DNA of 64,000 nt, taken from the IMG/VR virus record IMGVR_UViG_3300032782_000006, positions 13,568 to 77,567 of that record. One strand, 5' to 3'. Positions 50,732 through 58,322 of this stretch are shown piece by piece. The DNA is from a virus. How positions within the stretch are numbered: the stretch's first letter is position 1; each line of letters starts with the position of its first letter. The notes under the pieces are model-generated. The model had not been told where the DNA came from. It saw only the letters and a list, made by a program, of their open reading frames with translations, and ran no database searches. The translations under genes were made by a program, and so were the position numbers.

Positions 50732-51484
50732 ATGTCTAGTAATGATCACTTTGTTAAATGCGGATTTGTTTTTGAAAGTTCAGTTTGGAAAAAACAGTTA
50801 TCGGATAAGATGATTTTGATCCGAGACCCTGCAAAAAGATCATGGCAAGTAGATATGATTACATCGGAAGGGAATGTCAACGTTATCCCCTATAGTCGAA
50901 TCAAAGACGATGAAATCAAAGATATTGTTGACAAAGAAATCCATGCAGTCAACGAATTGTCAAATGCAGAGCTGATGAAAGATGTCAAAACCATCGAACC
51001 TTCTGAAGATATTACAAAATGCACTGAGATTGTTACGTTACCTGCTCCCGTTGGGGTTTCAGGTATTGTTAGGCCGGCGGTAACTAAAGCAGAAGCAGTT
51101 GCGGCTTGGCACGAGTTTCAATCTTTAAAATCTGCTATTCTCTCAAGATCAGATCTTCAACATATTTCAGGTCGAGACTATGTAAAAAAATCCGGTTGGA
51201 GAAAATTAGCTACGTTTTACAATCTAACAGACAGAATTGTTGAAGAACGTCAAATCCCGTTAGACAAAGGAGATTATTACTGGAAAATAAAAGTTGAATG
51301 CACTGCTCCGAATGGTAGAGTTACAGAAGGAGTGGGGATCTGTGCTAGTACAGAACGTAAATTTTCCCACCCTGAACATGACATCTATGCTACCGCTCAC
51401 ACCAGGGCCAAGAACCGCAGCATCTCGGATATGATCGCTGCTGGTGACGTGTCTGCGGAAGAGTTGGGGGAAGGGGGTCTTTAA
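50732..51484 (+). CDS. Putative ssDNA-annealing/recombination protein
   Basis: YVKKSGWRKLA...EGVGICAS...ATAHTRAKNRSI resembles viral Rad52/Sak-like annealases; conserved leader upstream. Confidence 0.5.
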   Translation: MSSNDHFVKCGFVFESSVWKKQLSDKMILIRDPAKRSWQVDMITSEGNVNVIPYSRIKDDEIKDIVDKEIHAVNELSNAELMKDVKTIEPSEDITKCTEIVTLPAPVGVSGIVRPAVTKAEAVAAWHEFQSLKSAILSRSDLQHISGRDYVKKSGWRKLATFYNLTDRIVEERQIPLDKGDYYWKIKVECTAPNGRVTEGVGICASTERKFSHPEHDIYATAHTRAKNRSISDMIAAGDVSAEELGEGGL

Positions 51485-52066
51485 ATTCCATTTGTAAAAA
51501 ATTGTGAAATAAAGACATTCTCTCATGATGACGCAGTTTGGTTAGCTGGATTTATGGATGGGGAAGGAACTTTTTCAATAAATCAACGAGTTAGTAAATA
51601 TTCAAATGGGGATCCAAACTATAATTATACTCCTACGATTTCTGTTATAAATACTGATTTATCCACAATCAAATATATTATGGAACTATGGGGATTAAAT
51701 AAATATCACTCATATATCCGCGAAAAAGACCATCCCTGGAATAATACATATAAAGTCTATCTCAATGCTTTAGTAAATTGCCAAAACGTTTTGACTCAAT
51801 TAAATCCTTTTTTAGTTACTAAACGGGAACAAGGACAATTATTATTACAATTTGTTTTGTCTCGACTAAAAAACATGAAAGGATCCTCTATCCCTCAACG
51901 TACTCCATATTCAGAATTTGAATATAGTACCTATTTAAAATTACGCGAATTGAACTATAGGGGGAGTAAAAAACGTATCCCCTTTACCGAGTACCAGTTT
52001 ATGAGGGATATTGGAAACTATTCTACAGAAGAATCAATTGTATCTCCCGAAGAGGTATATTTATGA
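51485..52066 (+). CDS. Free-standing single-motif LAGLIDADG endonuclease
   Basis: WLAGFMDGEG motif begins upstream of ATG 51554; PFLVTKREQ. Confidence 0.85.
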   Translation: MPFVKNCEIKTFSHDDAVWLAGFMDGEGTFSINQRVSKYSNGDPNYNYTPTISVINTDLSTIKYIMELWGLNKYHSYIREKDHPWNNTYKVYLNALVNCQNVLTQLNPFLVTKREQGQLLLQFVLSRLKNMKGSSIPQRTPYSEFEYSTYLKLRELNYRGSKKRIPFTEYQFMRDIGNYSTEESIVSPEEVYL

Positions 52067-52254
52067 CATCTGAAGAAATTACACCATACATTTATGTCCC
52101 TAATGACGATCCTGATCTTGAAGAATATAAAGGGATGCAATTCACAAGTTTTGAAGAACTAGAAAAAAACTGTCCAAAATGTATTCCCTCAGATGATGAT
52201 CCAGAACCAGGGAAGCTTAGATATCACGTACTCCCCACTTCTATTTTTGATTAA
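52063..52254 (+). CDS. Small acidic protein
   Basis: ATGA overlap; CPKC. Confidence 0.55.
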   Translation: MTSEEITPYIYVPNDDPDLEEYKGMQFTSFEELEKNCPKCIPSDDDPEPGKLRYHVLPTSIFD

Positions 52255-52413
52255 TTAAAATTTTTCAATACCATTCTATTTTTGTAGAGAGTAATTATAA
52301 GTATTTTATATACCTACTATATATTGTGCAGTATGTTAAGTATACACTACTGTTAGTATAAGTAGCTATATATCCGCAATTGGTAAAAGATATATACTAA
52401 GAGGTGAGTGTAT

Positions 52414-52551
52414 AGTATGTCAGGCGCAATTTGTTCTTTTGTTCCATTAGCGATATTAGACGGTAGTATACCTACCTATCTATCAAAACCGCAATGGCGG
52501 GCCGTGGTACGCTCGAAAATAATCTCAGAATGTGATTGTGCCTGACGTACT
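52414..52551 (+). ncRNA. Structured ncRNA candidate G (three-way junction), loop CGUGGUAC plus unpaired AAUCUC
   Basis: 17-bp closing stem 52414-30/52535-51 with two G-U pairs; inner stems CCATT/AATGG, GGTAG/CTACC and CGGGC/GCTCG; BRE/TATA AAAAGATATATA near 52385. Confidence 0.7.
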
Positions 52552-53027
52552 CATACATTAGCTTAATAGTATGCTGGATATCTCAAATGCAAACATATCC
52601 ATTTTTTAGCTATTTGGAATCCGAGCACAATCCTCTAATTATTTCCTCATTGCTTATAAATATATATATCTTGGGTAAATGATTTTTAGAGAGTTGGGGG
52701 GCATAAATATAATTGGGTTGGTGTCCACTCTACTATTCAAATCATTATACCGAAGACGATTTTTGTTTAAATTATGGATGCGCTTTTGGTCAAACTTTAA
52801 AACGTTATAGGACTATATATGTTTATCGTAGATTATTATAGTTGTAATGTTAGAATGTTATAGTGATGGTATAATATCCTCATTGACGTGAATAATACTC
52901 ATTATCTTAATAAAAAAGAGAACAAAAGTTATATACATTGGAATCGTTTTTGAAAAATGCGCCAGATTTTGACTATGAAGAGCATCATTTCGGTTTTTCC
53001 ATTTTACCTCTATGATGCTCTTTTAGA

Positions 53028-53261
53028 TCAATGATGCCAATTTTTAGCGTTTTTAGCAAAATTTGCGCGTTTTTTAAGTTGGCCTGTCACTGTGATACTT
53101 TTACCATTAATGTTTACTTTAGCTCCTTTTTTTGCATTCACAATTTTAGACAAATCTCCAGCAGGAATTTTTTTATCGGCTTCAATCCCTAAAGATTCGT
53201 GTAAAGCTCCTTTGTTTTTTGGGTTGAGATGGATAGGCGATTTTCCTTTAGCTGCAGCCAT
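53028..53261 (-). CDS. Small basic phage-type protein
   Basis: KNKGALHESLGI..DKKIP...KKRANFAKNAKNW, a pattern I recognise from phage hypothetical proteins. Confidence 0.65.
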   Translation of the reverse strand: MAAAKGKSPIHLNPKNKGALHESLGIEADKKIPAGDLSKIVNAKKGAKVNINGKSITVTGQLKKRANFAKNAKNWHH

Positions 53262-53266
53262 TGCAC

Positions 53267-53383
53267 TCAGTCCTCGCAATCGCCGCCTTTCTTCCCACCT
53301 TTTCCTTTTCCACCTTTTCCTTTACCATTATTGTTTTTACCGCGATTCACAGGTTTACCATTAACCGTCTTACCTTTAGCCAT
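53267..53383 (-). CDS. 38-aa Lys/Gly-rich peptide
   Basis: MAKGKTVNGKPVNRGKNNNGKGKGGKGKGGKKGGDCED; TATA about 25 nt upstream. Confidence 0.6.
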   Translation of the reverse strand: MAKGKTVNGKPVNRGKNNNGKGKGGKGKGGKKGGDCED

Positions 53384-53429
53384 GATAGTAAATATTTATA
53401 AACAGATCATATAAACTTTTTGATCATAG

Positions 53430-53573
53430 TTACTTGGATTTTTTCCCGGCTTTTTTAGCATCTGATCCAGATGGTGTGATTGCACTTCCGGGTAGAGGCT
53501 TGGATTTCACGGGATTAATATTTACTACTGGTTTTTTCCCATTCCCCTTTTTTGAAGACTGTGGACTTGCCAT
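53430..53573 (-). CDS. Lys/Pro/Ser-rich peptide
   Basis: MASPQSSKKGNGKKP...KKAGKKSK; TATA upstream. Confidence 0.55.
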   Translation of the reverse strand: MASPQSSKKGNGKKPVVNINPVKSKPLPGSAITPSGSDAKKAGKKSK

Positions 53574-53654
53574 AGGACTATATTTTCTCTGGAAGTTATA
53601 TATATCTATGGATCTCATATTGGAATTTATCTCTCTAAAACTGGGGTTAATATT

Positions 53655-54419
53655 TTGGAATTTCCAGAGGATTACTTAAATAAAATTATATGTGGGGATT
53701 GTTACTCTATAATGCAACAAATGCCCGATAAGTGTCTAGATCTTATTGTCACCTCTCCTCCATATAATCTAAAAAATTCTACTGGCAATGGGATGAAAAA
53801 TGGTCGGGGTGGGAAATGGTCAAATGCTGCGTTGTTAAATGCTTATGATACTTTCAATGATAATATGCCACACGAAGAATATTCAAAATGGCAAAAAGAT
53901 TGTTTAACTGAAATGTTTCGGTTACTCAAGGAAGATGGTGCAATATTCTATAATCATAAATGGCGTGTACAGGGTGGTTTACTTCAAGATAGGCAAGATA
54001 TTGTTGGTGGTTTCCCCGTAAGGCAAATAATTATCTGGCGTAGGAAAGGTGGGATTAATTTCAATCCAGGATATTTTCTACCAACATATGAAGTAATTTA
54101 TCTCATAGCAAAACCCAAATTCAAACTTGCTCCGAAGGCAAATGCGTATGGGGATGTATGGGAGTTCACACAAGAAATGAATAATGATCACCCTGCTCCG
54201 TTTCCTGTATCCCTTATCAAAAGAATTATTTCTTCAACAAATGCTCAGATCGTTTTAGATCCGTTTTCGGGAAGTGGAACAACCGCTATTGTGGCTATGG
54301 GTTTAAATCGGAAATATATTGGAATAGAGATCTCTCCTAAATATTGTATGATGTCTGAAAATAGGATTGAAAAAAATAAAATACAACCTGAACTAGCTAT
54401 GAGAAACATTTTTAACTAA
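53655..54419 (+). CDS. Beta-class DNA amino-methyltransferase (m4C/m6A)
   Basis: VTSPPY catalytic motif, HPAPFP, and DPFSGSGTT SAM-binding motif. Confidence 0.92.
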   Translation: MEFPEDYLNKIICGDCYSIMQQMPDKCLDLIVTSPPYNLKNSTGNGMKNGRGGKWSNAALLNAYDTFNDNMPHEEYSKWQKDCLTEMFRLLKEDGAIFYNHKWRVQGGLLQDRQDIVGGFPVRQIIIWRRKGGINFNPGYFLPTYEVIYLIAKPKFKLAPKANAYGDVWEFTQEMNNDHPAPFPVSLIKRIISSTNAQIVLDPFSGSGTTAIVAMGLNRKYIGIEISPKYCMMSENRIEKNKIQPELAMRNIFN

Positions 54420-54440
54420 AAAAAACGTAGAGATATTGTC

Positions 54441-54580
54441 AGCAGGTAAGGCGGATCTAGTGTTCTCCTCCGTCTTACCATCCAACATAAAAGGAGTGCT
54501 CTGTGTCAATAGGGGGATTCTTCTTCTCTTTAATACTTCTGGCTTTCTTCGTGGATCTACTGCTTTTAGTACTCTTTTTT
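54441..54580 (+). ncRNA. Structured ncRNA candidate H (or structured 3' UTR)
   Basis: GGTAAGGCGGA/TCCGTCTTACC hairpin, AGCAG/CTGCT closing stem, terminal T tract. Confidence 0.4.
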
Positions 54581-55072
54581 ACCAGTTATTTGTTAGAAAA
54601 TAAATTTTAATATCCTTACGATCCAATGAAGAAGATATGCTATTATCTTGATCCATCCAGCTACTATTATACATAAAATTATCATCAATATTAATAACTC
54701 TAACATACTCTCAATCACCCCTAATTTTATTGGAGCTATATTTATATATACATTTTCAGTCCGGCGAGGGTATAGGTTTGATATAAATAAGTTTGATTTA
54801 GCATTCTGGGTCAAATATACTCCTAATAATTTCAAAAGCCCCCATCAATATTATCACAATTATCACTAAGAAGAGAAGTGATAACGCCAATTCTAACAAA
54901 AATATTGTGATTTCTCCCATTACTTCTATCATATTTTATAGATACTCCGCAAACTATTTAAATTTTATATACATTCCTAGAATATGAAGGGAAACTGGGA
55001 AATTCACTTCCAAACTTCTTCCTATATTTATAATTGAAAATGTATATAAATTTTGGAGAGAATTGGGAACAT

Positions 55073-55345
55073 ATGAATAGAAAGCTAATAATTTTTGGGA
55101 TATTAGTAATTCTTCTGTCAATGACAGCAACGAACACCGTAGCATATTGGGGTTATCATCACCATCATTGGGGTCATCATCATTGGGGTGGTTGGTCTGG
55201 TGGAGGATGGAACGATGGTGGATGGGGGTGGGATTATGAACCCTATTGTCATCGTCAATGCGAACGGACATGGAGATGGTGGATAGATAGTTGGGGTGAT
55301 CGACACTGGCGCTGGAATAGGCACTGCTGGTGTGAATATTATTAG
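55073..55345 (+). CDS. Secreted His/Gly/Trp-rich protein
   Basis: Signal peptide MNRKLIIFGILVILLSMTATNTVA; YWGYHHHHWGHHHWGG; four Cys. Confidence 0.7.
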   Translation: MNRKLIIFGILVILLSMTATNTVAYWGYHHHHWGHHHWGGWSGGGWNDGGWGWDYEPYCHRQCERTWRWWIDSWGDRHWRWNRHCWCEYY

Positions 55346-55393
55346 ATGAGATGTGGAAGTATTTATATATACTATAATACTTAATTAATAATT

Positions 55394-55474
55394 AGGGATA
55401 CGAGCATTCCCTCAATCCTTCTAGTGAGTATTGGAGTCAGAGTTCGAGCAAGATTCTGACGTCCCTCCCTTTTT
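55394..55474 (+). ncRNA. Small structured ncRNA candidate I
   Basis: TATA TTTATATA near 55362; AGGGA/TCCCT closing stem, GTCAGAG/TTCTGAC hairpin, T tract. Confidence 0.5.
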
Positions 55475-55702
55475 AAATCCACAGGTTTTATGATAAAATC
55501 ACTGTATTTTACAGAAGGCGGTCAATCTGAGTTTTGCAGATAATTTGATAAAACTAGTATGGAATCTGATGTTATCTATAATTTGTTTAATATTGTTTGG
55601 TTTTGGATTGTTAGTATTAGAGGCAATTATACATCCTTAATACTAAAATCACTGTATTCGGCCAAAAAAGAGAAAATTATATATGTTATAAGCATTTTCT
55701 AT

Positions 55703-55800
55703 ATGGTGCACAAGGGTATTCATTTCTGAAGAAACGATAGAGGGATACAGATTAACCGTACACTCCACTTATGGCTGTATCCCTAAAATATCCCTGGTTA
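55703..55800 (+). ncRNA. Structured ncRNA candidate J (or 5' leader of the gene at 55861)
   Basis: AGGGATACAG/CTGTATCCCT stem with loop CACTCCACT; TATA near 55677. Confidence 0.45.
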
Positions 55801-55860
55801 CTTTCCTAAAAAAATGGTAGAAAAGGTAAAATTATTTATATGGTCGTTTCTAAAGTTTAA

Positions 55861-56337
55861 TTGATGACTACTAAAAGATCTTTCTTCTTGATTTTTCTTG
55901 TAATTGCTGTCATGGTTGGTCCAGCGACTGCAATTTGTAACGCTGCTTTGTGCCAATGCCCTGGTGCTCCCATAGGAGGGGCAGTTGTAGCTCCTCAGGT
56001 TATTGGTGGAGGTATCCCTGGTATAATGCCTATGGGTCCTGGGATAATGCCGTATATGGGTCCAGGATTGATCGGTAGAGGAATGTATGGTCCTGGTATG
56101 ATAGGTCGAGGATTTTTTGGACCTGGTAGAATAGGTAGAGGATTTTATGGTCCAGGTATGATAGGACGAGGGTTCTTCGGTCCTGGTATGATTGGCGGTG
56201 GATTATATGGACCCGGTATGATTGGAATGCCAATTGGAGGAATGCCTATAGGTACTGGCAATTTGTGTCCATGTCCTGCAAACGTAGGCCCTGCTCCAGT
56301 CGGAACAGTGTGTCCTCCCTGTAATACTCCAGCTTAA
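55861..56337 (+). CDS. Secreted protein with GPGMIGRGFF decapeptide repeats and Cys-rich ends
   Basis: Signal peptide; about 5.5 decapeptide (30-nt) repeats at 56059-56226. Confidence 0.75.
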   Translation: MMTTKRSFFLIFLVIAVMVGPATAICNAALCQCPGAPIGGAVVAPQVIGGGIPGIMPMGPGIMPYMGPGLIGRGMYGPGMIGRGFFGPGRIGRGFYGPGMIGRGFFGPGMIGGGLYGPGMIGMPIGGMPIGTGNLCPCPANVGPAPVGTVCPPCNTPA

Positions 56338-56377
56338 ATATTATAGGGGTTTTCCCCTCTCTTTTTCTAAAGTGTGG

Positions 56378-58321
56378 TCACAACCCTATACTTGGGGTAT
56401 GGTCTACAAACGAATTCATTAATTGGGTATTGTTTCCATAAATATACCCAGAATCTCCACCATCTGATGAATCCCCTAAAATTATATTTCCAAGAATATC
56501 TACTCCTACTGGGTTTGCAAGGGGAGGGATTGTCATCATATTGTTAAATCTAAGTTGTTGACTAATCGCTGCTATATAATCTTCAGGTTTCATTTTTAAT
56601 CTGGTCAACTCTAGATCTGTAGTAAATGATTTTCCATTTAGGGTATGTTGGATTTTATAAACATGGTATAGTTTGTTTATTTGAATCCCATTTATTTCTA
56701 TACTTGGAACTTTAACGTGAACTAAATCCCCTATTTTTGCTTGAGGAGTTCCTTGGAGAGTTACAGATCCTGATATTTCGGGGTCTCTAAATTTAGTCAC
56801 CATATATTGAGCAATCGAGGTAGCTGTTGCAAAATCGTAAATTCCTGGTATAGATAATACTTTACACCGATATCCATACCTCATTATATAATCAGAATCT
56901 TGAGCTAATCCACAAAACGAGGGTTGATTTTGATTATTAGAATTTGCAGTTGTAGATCCATAGTTTGTATATTGGCTATATGCTGAGTTATTTCCAGTAG
57001 TACTCCAACTAGTAGACGTCTCTGGAGTTCCCCCATTACTTGATGTTTGGGTTCCACTGCCTGCTCCTGTTATAAAAAAGTAGTTATAAACTTGATCTCC
57101 TTTTGACGAAAAAGCAGTACCTAATAATCGTTCAGTTCCTTCAATTGCAGCATATTTATTAGTCATTAGATTAGGGAAATGTTGCCAGCGAAGAAATGCC
57201 GTCACAAATTTATTATTTGAGCTATATAGTGGAACCACTGAAATATAATATTGATAGTTACAAATTTGTTCGAGTTGAGCAAGGACATCAAATACATAGT
57301 TTTGCCAAGGCGAAGCTGAAATTGAACTGATAGCTAATGCGGTAGATGCATCATATATCTCAGCTTCAGCATTTCCTACAGTTGCTATAGTTGAGGATAA
57401 TGCTGCATTCCAATTCTTTCGTTTAGCTCCTACTTTGGAGTTATCGTTGGGCATTGGGATTATATAAGATCCTGAATCTATATAGCTTGCATTAAAATCT
57501 AGTCGGTGAGCAGGATAATATCCTAAAGTCGCATTTAACATTTCAAAAGAGGTGTGGTTGGAACCAGTTATAGATTGTATGGTTCGTTTAGTTATCCTAT
57601 CTGGTAAAAATCCCCAGTATGTTATACCATAATTATATGCTAATGTTTCTGTCGAAGAATATTGAGCATGAGCTGCCGGATTTATCCCTTTGGTTTGATA
57701 ACTTGCCCATGGTCTAGCCGGAATTTGAAGCAAATATTTTAAGTATATTTCCCACAATGTTTGAAATACCATACTCACGGTAAGGGGTAAATAAGTTCCA
57801 GTTGAAGTATTTCTATGATAATTGTTCCTATTATATATCCCGGTTGGTTCTGTACCCCAAGTCTGTAAAGTACACCAACTATAACTCCCATCCGCTGATG
57901 TAACTGATTCAGATGTGCCCGGTAAAGTTCCAAACCCGTTATCCATTATGTTTGTCGCTGCATAGTTGATATGGCCTACACAAAATAAAGTAGTGGTGTT
58001 TTTAGATGCAAACTGACTAGATATATCCCTAACTCTTCCATCAAATATAGTTTCCCATACTGTTTTCTCAGACGCTCTCATTTTAGTAGAAACCTGGAGT
58101 CTAACTAAATCGTCAAATCTAACTGGAGAAGTGTAAGCACAAGTACTTATATTCGTGTTAGTCACAATTTCGATAGTGGCGTTTGGAACTGATAAAGGAT
58201 ATTGATAAACCACAGATGCCGAAAGTACTTTAGGAAAATACTGATCCTGGTTGTTTACAGACGAGTTGTAATTATACGCTTTTTCAACAATTAATCGAAC
58301 TGCGGTGGTTTTAACTACCAT
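56378..58321 (-). CDS. Baseplate hub / tail tip protein
   Basis: IFDGRV..., DYIMRYG, G.PQAKIGDLVHV...KIQHT...FTTDLEL hub motifs; follows the tape measure and distal tail genes. Confidence 0.75.
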   Translation of the reverse strand: MVVKTTAVRLIVEKAYNYNSSVNNQDQYFPKVLSASVVYQYPLSVPNATIEIVTNTNISTCAYTSPVRFDDLVRLQVSTKMRASEKTVWETIFDGRVRDISSQFASKNTTTLFCVGHINYAATNIMDNGFGTLPGTSESVTSADGSYSWCTLQTWGTEPTGIYNRNNYHRNTSTGTYLPLTVSMVFQTLWEIYLKYLLQIPARPWASYQTKGINPAAHAQYSSTETLAYNYGITYWGFLPDRITKRTIQSITGSNHTSFEMLNATLGYYPAHRLDFNASYIDSGSYIIPMPNDNSKVGAKRKNWNAALSSTIATVGNAEAEIYDASTALAISSISASPWQNYVFDVLAQLEQICNYQYYISVVPLYSSNNKFVTAFLRWQHFPNLMTNKYAAIEGTERLLGTAFSSKGDQVYNYFFITGAGSGTQTSSNGGTPETSTSWSTTGNNSAYSQYTNYGSTTANSNNQNQPSFCGLAQDSDYIMRYGYRCKVLSIPGIYDFATATSIAQYMVTKFRDPEISGSVTLQGTPQAKIGDLVHVKVPSIEINGIQINKLYHVYKIQHTLNGKSFTTDLELTRLKMKPEDYIAAISQQLRFNNMMTIPPLANPVGVDILGNIILGDSSDGGDSGYIYGNNTQLMNSFVDHTPSIGL

Positions 58322-58322
58322 T

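Noticed and set aside
51485-52066. Intein or group I intron around the LAGLIDADG ORF
   Set aside because: No intein splice-junction motifs and no interrupted host gene; the flanking ORFs look complete.
53655-54419. Complete restriction-modification system
   Set aside because: No adjacent endonuclease; an orphan methyltransferase is common in viruses.
55394-55474. tRNA gene (tRNA-like length, GTTCGA)
   Set aside because: No 7-bp acceptor stem, D arm or anticodon arm, and the GTTCGA loop has the wrong size; kept only as an ncRNA candidate.
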